A stretch of DNA of 64,000 bases from a virus: positions 7,658 to 71,657 of the IMG/VR virus record IMGVR_UViG_3300008120_000139, one strand, 5' to 3'. The translations under genes and the position numbers were made by a program. Under the pieces are notes generated by a model that did not search any database, was not told where the DNA came from, and saw only the letters and a program-made list of their open reading frames with translations. This document shows, piece by piece, positions 29,223 through 40,900 of this stretch. Position 1 is the first letter of the stretch; each line of letters opens with the position of its first letter.

Positions 29223-29468
29223 ATGTTTTTACGTGAATTCATTTATTTTGATAAAAGTCGACCAGATATGGTCGACGATAACCGCTATGATTCTGATAAA
29301 GATACTAGCATTTTAAGTATGGATGATACTAGAAAAACTCGTTTAACATTAAAGATGTTAAATGATTTACGTAAAGCAGGAGATGCTAGAGAAAAAGAAC
29401 GTAAAGAAGAATTAGGATTAGTAAGAAAAATGTATGCAGCACCAGCTCCGGAAGCTGCTCCGGCATAA
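29223..29468 (+). CDS. Small hypothetical protein of the head module
   Basis: 81-aa ORF directly after portal, TAAATA 5 nt upstream. Confidence 0.7.
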   Translation: MFLREFIYFDKSRPDMVDDNRYDSDKDTSILSMDDTRKTRLTLKMLNDLRKAGDAREKERKEELGLVRKMYAAPAPEAAPA

Positions 29469-29502
29469 ATTTCAATAAAAAATTGTTTAAAATAAATTTT
29501 TT

Positions 29503-29528
29503 AGGTCAAAATCTCTTCTTTTTGGCCT
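29503..29528. other. Intergenic hairpin (possible terminator or processing site)
   Basis: AGGTCAAAA...TTTTGGCCT with one G-U pair. Confidence 0.35.
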
Positions 29529-29605
29529 GTTTCCTACGAATTTTTTAAAAACCCTTTAAATATATCACAAAGCCTTGCCGCAACCAATTAAGGAGAAAAT
29601 CTGCA

Positions 29606-30625
29606 ATGTCTAAAAAGTTTGAACAACTTCTAGATCTAATTGTCAACGAAGAAATGGATAAAGCCAACGAGCTATTTCATGAGATTGTTGTAGAAAAATC
29701 TAGATCAATATACGAAAATTTAATTGCTCAAGAAGCAGAAGAAGAAGTCGAAGAATCTGAAGAAGAAGTCGAAGAATCTGAAGAAGAATTTGACGAATCT
29801 ACTGAAGAAGTCGATGAAGCTGAAGAAGTCGATGAAGCTGAAGAAGAAACCGACGAATCTGTTGAATTAGAAGATTCATACATGATGGACGGTGACGACG
29901 ATGAAGAAGAGCCAAGTGGAATAGAACAGACAGATGACCTAGAAGGTGATGTTTCCTCTGATGGAGATGACATGGGTGGTGATATGTCTGGTGAAGAACA
30001 AGTAGAATTTGACATCCGTGACGCCATTGAAAAATTAGAAGCTGCTCTAGCCTCTTTAGAAGGTGGCGACGAAATGGGTGGTGACGAATTCGACGACAAC
30101 ATGGGTGACATGGGAAGCGACGAAGAAGAACCAGAAATGATGGGAATGTACGAAGGTAAAAAGCGTATGACCCGTGAGTATGTCGAAAAAGTCGGAAATG
30201 ACTGGGACAAAAATGGTTCCATGAAAACTCAAAAGCAATACGTAGGTGCTGGATCAGGTGACAAAGAAGGTGCACCCGATGAAGGTAAAAGCCCTATTGC
30301 TAGCGGTTCAAACAAGCCAGGCCCAGCCGGAGTAAACGCTAAGAATTTAAATCAAGGCGCTACAGAAGGTCAAAGCAATACCGGTACAAGTCCTGGTAAA
30401 GTTTCAAAAGGTCTAGCACCTCACTCTGGTGAAAAGTTTGCTTCTGGTGTACATAATGTAGACGGTAAAAAGTCTGGCGTTAAGACATTAAGCAATGTTA
30501 AAGGTGGTCACGGAGCTGAGAAGAAAGGTTCTAGCCCAGGTCCAGTTGGTTCTGGATCAGGTGATAAAGCCGGTCAAACTAGCACCCCTGCTGTTAAGCA
30601 ATTCTTAAAGCCATACGGCAATTAA
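29606..30625 (+). CDS. Highly acidic prohead core-like protein
   Basis: Glu/Asp-rich N-half with tandem EEEVEES and EEVDEA repeats, Gly/Lys-rich C-half; between portal and protease, where T4 has gp67/gp68; AAGGAG SD. Confidence 0.7.
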   Translation: MSKKFEQLLDLIVNEEMDKANELFHEIVVEKSRSIYENLIAQEAEEEVEESEEEVEESEEEFDESTEEVDEAEEVDEAEEETDESVELEDSYMMDGDDDEEEPSGIEQTDDLEGDVSSDGDDMGGDMSGEEQVEFDIRDAIEKLEAALASLEGGDEMGGDEFDDNMGDMGSDEEEPEMMGMYEGKKRMTREYVEKVGNDWDKNGSMKTQKQYVGAGSGDKEGAPDEGKSPIASGSNKPGPAGVNAKNLNQGATEGQSNTGTSPGKVSKGLAPHSGEKFASGVHNVDGKKSGVKTLSNVKGGHGAEKKGSSPGPVGSGSGDKAGQTSTPAVKQFLKPYGN

Positions 30626-30638
30626 TTAGAGAAACAGG

Positions 30639-31268
30639 ATGAAACTAGCTTATCTAAGAGAACATTTAAGTTTTGATCAATCTGGTATTATACTAGAAAG
30701 TGACGACAAAGATGGCAAGAGTCTTTATTTAAAAGGCATTGCTATTCAAGGCGGTATTCGTAATGCCAATGGTCGCGTATATCCTGTTGATGAAATTGAA
30801 CGTGCAGTTAAAACGCTAAACGATCAATTACAAAATGGATATTCAGTATTAGGTGAAGTTGATCATCCTGATGATTTAAAAGTTAATTTGGACCGTGTAT
30901 CCCATATGATTACTCAAATGTGGATGGAAGGTCCTAATGGTTATGGGAAGATGAAAATTCTTCCTACCCCAATGGGCAACTTAATTCGCACTATGTTAGA
31001 AAGCGGTGTAAAACTTGGTGTAAGTTCAAGAGGCAGCGGAAACGTTGACGATTTGAGCGGTCGAGTATCCGATTTTGAAATTATTACTGTAGATGTAGTT
31101 GCACAACCTAGCGCTCCTGGTGCTTATCCTACTCCTGTTTATGAACATCTCATGAACACAAGAGGCGGAAATAAAGCATTTAGGGTTGCTACTGAAGTAA
31201 GAGAAGATCCAAAGGCCCAGAAATATTTGAAGGAAAGTCTCCTTCAGATCATCAAAGGTCTAAAATAA
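30639..31268 (+). CDS. gp21: Prohead protease
   Basis: NANGRVYP, GEVDHP, VSH, TPMG, LGVSSRGSG, DVVAQPSAPGAY. Confidence 0.95.
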   Translation: MKLAYLREHLSFDQSGIILESDDKDGKSLYLKGIAIQGGIRNANGRVYPVDEIERAVKTLNDQLQNGYSVLGEVDHPDDLKVNLDRVSHMITQMWMEGPNGYGKMKILPTPMGNLIRTMLESGVKLGVSSRGSGNVDDLSGRVSDFEIITVDVVAQPSAPGAYPTPVYEHLMNTRGGNKAFRVATEVREDPKAQKYLKESLLQIIKGLK

Positions 31269-31286
31269 GCCCGAGGAGAAAAGTAA

Positions 31287-32375
31287 ATGTTGGACGCATT
31301 CAAACAATTGACAGAAGCTGGTATAATCGGTGAAGATGTTAAATCTGAACTAGAAGCCGCTCTTGCTCAAAAATTACAAGAGAATCGCGACCAAGTTACC
31401 GCTGAACTTCGTGAAGAATTTGCACAAAAGTATACACATGACAAACAAGTTATGGTAGAAGCAATTGACAAGATGTTAAGCGAAAGATTGGCCGCAGAGA
31501 TGGCCGAATTGAATGACGACAGAAAAGCACTAGCCGAAGCAAAAGCACAATACAAACAACGTATCAGTGAAGATGCTAAAAAGCTAGAAGGATTCATAAT
31601 CAAACAATTAGGCAAAGAGTTAGTAGAGTTCCAAGGAGATCGTAGAAAAGTTTCCGAGAACTTTGAGAAATTAGAGCAGTTTATTGTACATGCTCTATCG
31701 AAAGAAATAAACGAATTCGCTAAAGACAAACGTGATCTAGCCGAAACTAAAGTTAAACTAGTTCGCGAAGCTAAGGCAAAATTCGAATCAATTAAGCAAA
31801 ACTTTGTTAAGCGTTCTGCACAAGTAGTAGAAAATGTTGTTACACACAAGTTAACATCTGAAATCAAGCAATTGAAGGAAGATATTGATAGCAGTCGTAA
31901 TAATGATTTTGGACGCAGAATTTACGAAGCATTTGCACAAGAGTTTGCTAGTTCTTATCTAAATGAAAAATCTGAAACAAGTAAATTGTTAAAGATTATC
32001 GAGAAGAAAGAGCAGGAATTAGCAGAAGCCAAACAAGCAGTAAATGAAAAAGCAACATTAGTTGAATCAGTACAACGTGAAATACGTGTTACTAAAGATC
32101 TAATGGAGCGTAAGCACGTTATGGCCGAGCTATTGGCACCTTTAGGTGCCGACAAGAGAGAGCTAATGAAAGAATTATTAGAGAGTGTACAAACTCCAAA
32201 ACTTTCGGCAGCATTTGACAAATACCTACCCGCAGTAATGGAAGGCGAGACTAAAAAAGCAAGTAAAAAAGTTGCTTTAAATGAAAGTGTTGCCGTAACA
32301 GGCGATCGTGAAACCAAGCCAGAGGTAGGCTTAGACAACATATTAGATATCCGCAAATTAGCGGGTCTAAAATAA
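31287..32375 (+). CDS. gp22: Prohead scaffold protein
   Basis: Glu/Lys-rich coiled coil between protease and major capsid gene. Confidence 0.8.
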   Translation: MLDAFKQLTEAGIIGEDVKSELEAALAQKLQENRDQVTAELREEFAQKYTHDKQVMVEAIDKMLSERLAAEMAELNDDRKALAEAKAQYKQRISEDAKKLEGFIIKQLGKELVEFQGDRRKVSENFEKLEQFIVHALSKEINEFAKDKRDLAETKVKLVREAKAKFESIKQNFVKRSAQVVENVVTHKLTSEIKQLKEDIDSSRNNDFGRRIYEAFAQEFASSYLNEKSETSKLLKIIEKKEQELAEAKQAVNEKATLVESVQREIRVTKDLMERKHVMAELLAPLGADKRELMKELLESVQTPKLSAAFDKYLPAVMEGETKKASKKVALNESVAVTGDRETKPEVGLDNILDIRKLAGLK

Positions 32376-32394
32376 TTCAAGGAGACAATAGGAA

Positions 32395-33570
32395 ATGTCA
32401 CAACTTTTAAATGAAAGATGGTCAGAGACCAAAGACGCTCTGCTTGAAGGCCTACAAGGTAACCGTCGTGCTTCTATGGGCGTATGCTTAGAGAATACAC
32501 GTCGTTACTTGGCAGAAGCCGCAACAGCAGGTGCAACCAGCACTGGTAATATCGCTACTCTAAATCGCGTTATTCTTCCAGTTATTCGTCGTGTTATGCC
32601 AACCGTTATCGCTAACGAAATCATCGGCGTTCAGCCAATGACTGGCCCAGTAGCACAAATCCATACTCTACGTGTTCGCTATGCTGACAGCGGTGACGGA
32701 GTTGTAGCAGGCGAAGAGGCATTAAGCCCATTCAAGATTGCTTCTGCTTACTCTGGTAACAACGTTGATGCTACACCTAAGGCACAAGTAACAAGTGCTT
32801 TAGAAGGTACACCAGGTAAGCGTATGAGCATTCAAATCTTGAAGACACCTGTCGAAGCCAAGAGCCGCAAACTAAGCGCTCGTTGGACATTCGAGGCTGC
32901 TCAAGACGCTCAAGCACAACAAGGTATTGATATCGAAGCAGAAATCATGGCCGCTTTAGCTCAAGAAATTACAGCTGAAATCGACCAAGAAGTTCTATCT
33001 TCTCTACGTAGTCTAGCTAGTGTCGAAGAAACATATGACCAGTCATTAGTTTCTGGTACAGCTACATTCGTTGGTGACGAGCACGCTGCTTTAGCTATTC
33101 AGATCAACCGTGTAAGCAACTTAATTGCTCAGCGTACACGTCGTGGTTCTGCTAACTGGGCTGTTGTTTCTAACCAGGCTCTAACAATTCTACAGAGCGC
33201 AACAACTTCTGCTTTTGCTCGCACAACAGAAGGCACATTCGAGGCTCCTACAAACACCAAGTTTGTTGGAACACTAAATGGCGCAATGCGTGTTTATGTA
33301 GACGCTTATCTAAGCGACACAAGCGACAACAACCAAGTTCTAGTTGGTTATAAGGGTACAAGCGAAGCTGACGCTGCTGCTTTCTATTGCCCATATATTC
33401 CTCTAATGAGCTCTGGTGTTGTTCTAGATCCAGCAACATTTGAGCCAGTAGTTGGCTTCTTAACACGCTACGGCTATGTTGAGTTGACAAACACTGCTTC
33501 TTCTCTAGGTAACGCTGCTGACTACCTAGGTAAGGTTGCAATCACAAGTGCAAATGTAAGCTTCAAGTAA
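32395..33570 (+). CDS. gp23: Major capsid protein
   Basis: IRRVMPTVIANEIIGVQPMTGP, KSRKLSARWTFEAAQD, EITAEID, AAFYCPYIPL, TRYG. Confidence 0.96.
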   Translation: MSQLLNERWSETKDALLEGLQGNRRASMGVCLENTRRYLAEAATAGATSTGNIATLNRVILPVIRRVMPTVIANEIIGVQPMTGPVAQIHTLRVRYADSGDGVVAGEEALSPFKIASAYSGNNVDATPKAQVTSALEGTPGKRMSIQILKTPVEAKSRKLSARWTFEAAQDAQAQQGIDIEAEIMAALAQEITAEIDQEVLSSLRSLASVEETYDQSLVSGTATFVGDEHAALAIQINRVSNLIAQRTRRGSANWAVVSNQALTILQSATTSAFARTTEGTFEAPTNTKFVGTLNGAMRVYVDAYLSDTSDNNQVLVGYKGTSEADAAAFYCPYIPLMSSGVVLDPATFEPVVGFLTRYGYVELTNTASSLGNAADYLGKVAITSANVSFK

Positions 33571-33595
33571 TCAATTACTTGATTTTTACACAATC

Positions 33596-33619
33596 AAAAC
33601 CCGCTTCGGCGGGTTTTTT
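33596..33619 (+). terminator. Rho-independent terminator with C(UUCG)G tetraloop
   Basis: aaaaCCCGC-TTCG-GCGGGtttttt after the capsid gene. Confidence 0.9.
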
Positions 33620-33632
33620 ATTAAATATAGTG

Positions 33633-33680
33633 TCTAGATTATTATGCGGTACCCACCGCGTATGACCCTAGAACGGTCGC
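33633..33680 (+). promoter_or_regulatory. Structured 5' leader: two hairpins and a possible pseudoknot
   Basis: TATGCGGT/ACCGCGTA (33643-62), TGACC/GGTCG (33663-79), loop CTAGA complementary to TCTAG at 33633-37; follows TAAATA 33622-27. Confidence 0.45.
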
Positions 33681-33699
33681 ATTATAAAGGAGAAAACAA

Positions 33700-34380
33700 A
33701 TGGGACGTCCAATTAAATCAAAATATTTCGGAACACGTAAAGGCCTAGGAGTTGCTGGTGAAGGTGTTCTTAGTGTTACAAATCCAGCAGGTACATTAGC
33801 AGGATTAGTAGCTGGAACTTATGCAATTCCTGCAGGTAGCATTGGTGCTCCACAAATTGCAGGAGGTTCAAAGCCATCACTAAATGTTGTAGCAACAAAT
33901 TCTACTACTTATACTGTTGCAGTTGTGTCAGCAGGATCAGGTTATACTAGTGCTCCAGCAATTACATTTAACGGTAGTATTGCTGGCGGTTCAGGAAGCG
34001 CTACACCTGTTGCTACTTTAACAACAAGTGTATTAAATATCATCGATTGTACCGCATATATTCCTACTGTTAACGGCGGAAGCAGTGCAGTATCGGGCGA
34101 TATTCAAGAACAAGTTGCTAGTAAAAAGTATCGTGTAGTAACTGCTCAAGGTACAGGTGCTTGCAAACTAGTTCCTACAGATTCATTAACAGCAGGCCAA
34201 ATGTACATTGGTGCAACAGACGTTAATGGTAGTACATACTTTGTTAAAAAGTTAACTGCTCGTCGTGCGGTATTAATACAAAATGTTGTAAATGGTTCGT
34301 TTGAATTTGCAGATAACGAAGCTGCTGGATGGACTTTAGATGCTGCTTCTGCAGGTGTTGTACAAATTGATAATAGATAA
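33700..34380 (+). CDS. Virion structural protein (possible head decoration protein)
   Basis: Gly/Ala/Thr-rich with AGSGYTSAP motif; own late promoter, AAGGAG SD and terminator, directly after the capsid gene. Confidence 0.6.
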   Translation: MGRPIKSKYFGTRKGLGVAGEGVLSVTNPAGTLAGLVAGTYAIPAGSIGAPQIAGGSKPSLNVVATNSTTYTVAVVSAGSGYTSAPAITFNGSIAGGSGSATPVATLTTSVLNIIDCTAYIPTVNGGSSAVSGDIQEQVASKKYRVVTAQGTGACKLVPTDSLTAGQMYIGATDVNGSTYFVKKLTARRAVLIQNVVNGSFEFADNEAAGWTLDAASAGVVQIDNR

Positions 34381-34398
34381 AAGTTATTAACTCAATTT

Positions 34399-34424
34399 AA
34401 AAGGGGACTTAGGTCCCCTTTTTT
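34399..34424 (+). terminator. Rho-independent terminator
   Basis: aaaaGGGGAC-ttag-GTCCCCtttttt. Confidence 0.88.
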
Positions 34425-34444
34425 GTTTATAGGTAAATAGTACT

Positions 34445-34969
34445 ATGACATCAAATTGGGCTCTTCCATCAATAGTTGAACAATATTCACAACCTGGTGC
34501 AGAAAATGTACATGTATCATGGATTAACTTTGATAATTTTAATAATTTAAAAACTAATAATGGAAAATCAGTAAAAACATCTCGAGATTTAATACATATT
34601 GCTCGAGACCCTCGTCACGACATAGTTGAAAAAACATATTTTATTAAATGTGTTGGATTTAATTTTGTTAATTTACCTTTGTCACCTTCCGGTATAGAAA
34701 TAAAATTAACATCAAATCGTTTTGGAAGAATTACAGATGAAACAGTTTTGTTGACACTAAATGACGAAACTATTGGAAATAATCATGCATCGTTAGATTT
34801 AAGTCCTATTAAAACTTATGGAAATAATAACGATATGTGGAACACTACTCTAACAAATTCAGACTTTCAAAATAGCTCATTCGGTGTGATTTTAAGATTT
34901 CAAAGCCATCCTAACTGGCCTCATAAATGCAGTATGTTGTTAGATGCTATTGAAATAAGAATCCATTAA
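34445..34969 (+). CDS. Hypothetical protein, probably virion-associated
   Basis: 174-aa ORF; TAAATA 5 nt upstream of ATG. Confidence 0.7.
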   Translation: MTSNWALPSIVEQYSQPGAENVHVSWINFDNFNNLKTNNGKSVKTSRDLIHIARDPRHDIVEKTYFIKCVGFNFVNLPLSPSGIEIKLTSNRFGRITDETVLLTLNDETIGNNHASLDLSPIKTYGNNNDMWNTTLTNSDFQNSSFGVILRFQSHPNWPHKCSMLLDAIEIRIH

Positions 34970-34996
34970 AAAATAAATACGTATGAGGATTTATAA

Positions 34997-37900
34997 ATGA
35001 CTACCAATGTACTTAAGTTACCCGGCGATTATAAAATAAAAGCACTAAATGGCTTAATTGAAATTGAAGCCGGAAATGATATTGACATTATTTCTGGTGG
35101 TACGGTTACTATAGAGGCACCTGTTGAAGTTTATGTTGATACACCATTAACTACTTTCACAGGCGATGCAACTGTAGAAGAAAATACTATTTTAGGACTT
35201 ACTACAGATAATACTATCGAAGCTAATGCACGTTTTATTACTGATGTAGTTCCTAAAGATAGTGCTACTTATGATTTAGGCTTATCTACTAATACATGGA
35301 ATAAATTAAATTCAGAAGAAGCTGAATTCTATAGCCCTAATAATGTAGGAAATCCTTACGGTAGACCATACGATCCTGGTGATATATACGATACTGAAGC
35401 ACATAGACGTGAAGGTTCTGTATATGTAACTGGCGGTATGGGTATTGAAAAAGACTTAAACGTCGGTGGATGGATTTACGGTAGAATTGATTTTGCTAAC
35501 ACAACCACATTCGTATACACAACTGCTACTAATAACGACGAAAATTATTATCTACCATTTGTAAGATATCAATATGGGACTCCTCCCGTACCTAGTCGTA
35601 TTTTTGTTGACGAAACAAGTCCAGCAGTTCCAAGTGGTTTACGATATAATCCGTCAACAGGAAAAATTACTACAGAACAAATTGATGTAGTTGGTACAGA
35701 AGATACATCGGATCCAACTACAGGTGCTTTAACGGTAGCAGGTGGTGTTGGTATTGAATTAAGCTTACAAGTTGGTGAAGATGTAACATCATCTAACTTA
35801 TATGCCCAGACCGACAATACAGGGCAAATTGGTACTTCTTCTACCCAATGGTCTGAAGCTTATATACAAAATTTATTCACGAGATACATTAAGTCAACTA
35901 CTGGTACAATTCAAATTGCACCGAAAGACCCATTAACTGAAATTATTGGCGATATTAGAGTAAGAGGTGTTAATCCGATAGGTACTGCACCCGTTGTAAC
36001 TAATACATTATATGTTACAGTAGATGGCAATGATACAAATGATGGCCGCGCACAAGATGCAAGTAGAGCTTGTAGAACTATAGGTGGCGCATTACGAAGC
36101 CCTCATTATCAACCAGGTACACAAATTTTAGTAAGCGCTGGTAGATACTTAGAAGACAATCCTCTTAGATTAAAACCTTATACAAGTATTAGAGGATCTG
36201 ATATACGTACAACATTTATCGAACCTATTAATAAAACTCAAGACTTATTCCATTTAGATAGCGGATGTTATCTAAATTACATGACTTTCTTAAATGGTAG
36301 AAGTGGACTATTAGAAGGACCTTACGAACAAGGATTTAATAGAGGCGCATATGCTACAGCATTTCCTCCATTATCAGGTGCTGATAGAATAGATTTATTC
36401 CATTCTCCATATGTACAAAACTGTACAAATCAAAGTGGTCCTTGGTTCCGCGACGGAACAATGTTTGTACCAAATCAAAGCATCCAAGTTCCGGCAATTG
36501 TAGGTACAGGTACATGGGCGTTTAATACAACAAGTATAGTTGTTAATGTAGTATCAGAACCAATTAACGGATTTATTAATGCTGGACAACCAGGATCTGG
36601 TACAACAGATTATACTGGACATTTAGAAAGCACAGTTAATTTACAAGGTACTATACCTACTGTAAGTAGTTTACCTACTTCTCCTACACCTATATTACTC
36701 GACGGATATATTACATCAGATACTGGCGATTTATGGGTATATACCGAAGCAACAACTATTACGCAAGGTATGTATGTAAATTCTGGACAACAAAATCCAG
36801 GATTCTTTAATGCAAGAACATTAATGCTTGCAAATAAACAATTTATACAAGAACAAGTTGTTGAATTTGTTGAGCAAACATTTAATAGCGGAAGTTTTTC
36901 ATATGATGCAGTTAAATGTGAAAGAGATATAGGATTAATTGTCGATAGTATAGCAATTGATTTGCTACAAAATAGTGAAAGCGAAAGTATTTTTGCAGGT
37001 TTACAATATTGGAGACAAAGTGGATATGTTGACTCTATTGGAGATCAAATAACTACTACTACAGATGCTATTAACTATGTTAAATCTCAGGCTATTTTAG
37101 CAGTAAGCTCACCGTTTGACGCAACAGTAGGTTCAAAATTTGATATAATAATAGATATTTTAAACACACCCTTATCTACAATATCATCAGGTGCATTTGC
37201 AGAAACAATTACTAATTTAATAGAAGCAAACCCTAATGGTATTGCTTCAACAGATCCAGCAACTGTAGCTGCATATGACGCATTACTGGCAGCAAAAAGT
37301 ACTATAGCAACAAATACCATTAATTATATTTCAATAGCGCATCCGTTATTCACTTCTTATAGTGTAGATAAGTGTACTAGAGATGTGGGTTATATGATTG
37401 ATAGCGTTGCTTTTGATTTGTTACATGGCGGTAGTAAACAAAGTATTAAATCAGGAGTATACTACTTTGGTTATTCAGCTGCTCAAACTGAAGTACCAAA
37501 CGAATTACCTCAAACAGTTCAAGCATATAATTTTATAAAATCGTTAGTATCTAATGTAGTACTTGCTACTCCTATTGTTAATCCATATCAAGTTGGTGTT
37601 ACACAAACAACTGGATTAAATTCTGCAACAATTTACGAAGTTAATGCGTTGGAAGATAGTATTGATTTAATTACAAAAATTATAAGAAATGGCCCTAGCG
37701 TAGTTGATGCTAGAATTCCTATTAATTTAAACCAAAGCGGAAATACAAATGTATTAAATGCATATAACTTATTAGTTAATAATAGAGCATTTATACAAGC
37801 TGAAACTATTGCTTATATTAACAGCAGCACATTTAGCACATTTAGTAGCTATTCAAAAGAAAAGTGCTACAGAGATGTAGGTATCCTAGTTGAAAACATA

Positions 37901-40900
37901 GCCTATGATGCAGCATTCGGTGGTAACCAAAAAGCAATAGAAAGTGGATTAGCTTACTACGACGGAGTTATTAGCAGAATTGCAGGACAAGAAACTCAAA
38001 CAGTATCGGCTATAGATTACTTAAATCAATTAACTCAAGATGTTATTACTAATACATCTGCACCTGATTTATTAAGTGGGTCAGGCGTCCCTCAAGTAAT
38101 TAATTGGGTATTAACAAACGGTGATGTAGCTAGTGAATCAATTAATAACTTAGTTAATATTATAACTGATATAATTAATAAAGGTCCATCTGCTGCACCT
38201 ACAATGTATAGTAGTACTGGTCCTGATGCTGCATTTGTTAGTGCAGAAGTTTTATTACAGGCAAATAGAGAATTTATACAACAAAATACTATTAATTATA
38301 TTAATAATATTATCTACGCCGGCGGTTTACCATACAGTGAAATTAAATGTCGTAGAGATACAGGATTGATTATTGATTCTATCGCAACAGATTTGATGCA
38401 CTACACACCAGAATTTAGTCAATCGACATTTGCTGGTTTACAATATTGGAGTCAAGATAACTATGTTGGCGATATTGAAGATCAATTAAATCCAACTGTT
38501 GCTGCAATGATATATTTAAAAGAAACAGCAGCAAAAATAATGAAAAATATTACACCTGCTGATGATCTAATTGATAGATATCATACCGGTTCGCCGACTC
38601 AAGATACATCTTTAGAAGCCGCAACAGATGCAGAAGTATTCACAGTTAATTCTTTATTTGATTTAATCATAGAAATTGTTAACGGTAGAAAAACAGGATG
38701 GACCGATAGAATTATTTCAAACGGATTAGCAAGTCATTTACCAAGTATACAAAATGCTTATAATATTTTACAAGAAAACAAAGAATATTTAGGATATGAA
38801 ATAACTGCTTACGTTGATGCAACTAATTTTGGATTTACATACGATTTAGGAAAATGCCGTAGAGATGTCGGTTACATGATAGATGCTGTATGTTTTGATA
38901 TGGTACATGGTGGTAATAGACAAAGTATTCAAAATGGTCTATACTATTACGGATTTAGTACTTCATTATCGAATATACATGGAAATCAAAATGTTGCAAC
39001 TATAGCAGCATTTAATTATCTATCATCGATATCTGGTCAAGTAATACAAAATATTACTGTAACACCTAATCAATCTAATGCAGTACAAATATTTGGCGAA
39101 ACTGTAGGTACATCTTCTGAGGCCACAACACTTGCAAATGCAATATCTACAATTACTAATATTATTCAGAATTCACCGACTGTTGCATCACAGCCGACTC
39201 AAGTTTATTTTACAGCTTCAAATACTACGTCGACTATAGCTGCATATAGTTTGTTGAATTCAAATAGAACATTCTTAGTAGAACAAACAATTGCTTTTAT
39301 TGATCAAACATATAATCCGGGTGCATTTAACTATAACGAAGCAAAATGCTACAGAGATGTTGGATTAATTGTTGACGCAGTAAGTCAAGATATTTTATTA
39401 GGCGGAAATCAAAAGAGTATTGAAGCAGGTTTAGCATATTGGAGTGCAGGTTATAATTATGTAACTGGGCAAGAAACTACAACTACAATGGCTATAAATT
39501 ATGCTTCTACAATTAGTCTACAGATTATAGCTAATCAACCAGTCGTTGTACAGTCAGGTACAACAGTAAGTCAAATTATAAATCCGTTCTTTGATTATGG
39601 TTGGGAATATGGTCCTCAAGAAGCAGTGGCCAGAAACTTTAACATTATTACGGATATAATAGAAAGAGGTCCGATATATGCACCTCCTGTTTATGCCGGT
39701 GGAGGCCTATTCTCTCTAACTGGTTTAAATGGTTCAGATGTTAAAATAAGTCCTCAGGTCACATCTGTTGTACCTATATCAGCAGGAACATATAGAATTG
39801 GTTTAAGTACGTCAACTATAGGATTTGGAACTAATTCTACTTTATATTTTGGAGATACATTGATATTCCCAATAAGAGATAATCAAGTAGAAGAACAAAG
39901 TCTAAAGTACACAGGAAGTACAAGTACTTGGCAACAAAGAAAAATTGATCCTATAGGTTCTATGGGAGGAAGTTTAGTAGACGGTGCTGTAATTAGCGAT
40001 CGTAGCCCTATTCAATCGTTTGTTTATGATGCTTTCACTCAAGTTAACCAAGGTGGTAGAGGAATACATATAACAAATGATGGTTATGCACAGCTAGTTT
40101 CTGTGTTTACTATCTTCTGTTCAGTTGGGGTACAAACAGATAACGGTGGTATTGCAAGTATTGTTAACAGTAATGCAAACTTTGGTAATATATGTTTGTT
40201 ATCAAAAGGATACGGTAGACGTAAATTTAGTGGTACAATATATAATCCTGCATTTAAATCATATCCCGATGATCCGGTATTCAATGAATTTTTCCCTGAA
40301 GGATATTGGCCAAACGGAGGAAGAGTTAGAGCATTTATTCCAGATTTAGATGATAGACCACATATTTCTCTAGTTATGGAAATTGTTCCTCCTGACGGAC
40401 ATGAAAATGAACAAAACTTCCCTGGATTTTTAAATGCTACACCTAACAAAGCAGCATTAACTACAGGAACTATTACAATTACTGATATCGATACTGAAGG
40501 GATTGCTGTCGGAAATTATCTGTACGTTAGAGATCAAAATGGATTTGAAGGAACTGGTACAATATTCAAACTATATGCAGATACAGGTACAATCGTTACT
40601 GATGTAGGGTATAGAAGTGTTACATTAAATAAAGCATTAACAAATGGTGGATCAGATCCAGAATTTACTGATAATGATAATTACTTCAATTTATATTTCT
40701 GCGGTAATGCTTATTACACAGTATTAAGTAGTGAAGTAGGAGATAATCCATTGCCTGTAGGTACACATGTGTTATCTGCAAATCCATATACAGGTATTAC
40801 AATTGATCAAAGACCGGCTCATATTGCGTCATTACATCATTTAAGTACTATAACAAACAAAGTGATTAGTAATATTGCAGTTACTCCTTTATCTATAGGA

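Noticed and set aside
29738-29850. GAA-rich tandem repeats
   Set aside because: Explained by the acidic EEEVEES/EEVDEA low-complexity region of the core protein
33563-33582. Inverted repeat TCAAGTAA/TTACTTGA over the capsid stop codon
   Set aside because: AT-rich 8-bp stem next to a clear terminator; function cannot be supported from sequence alone
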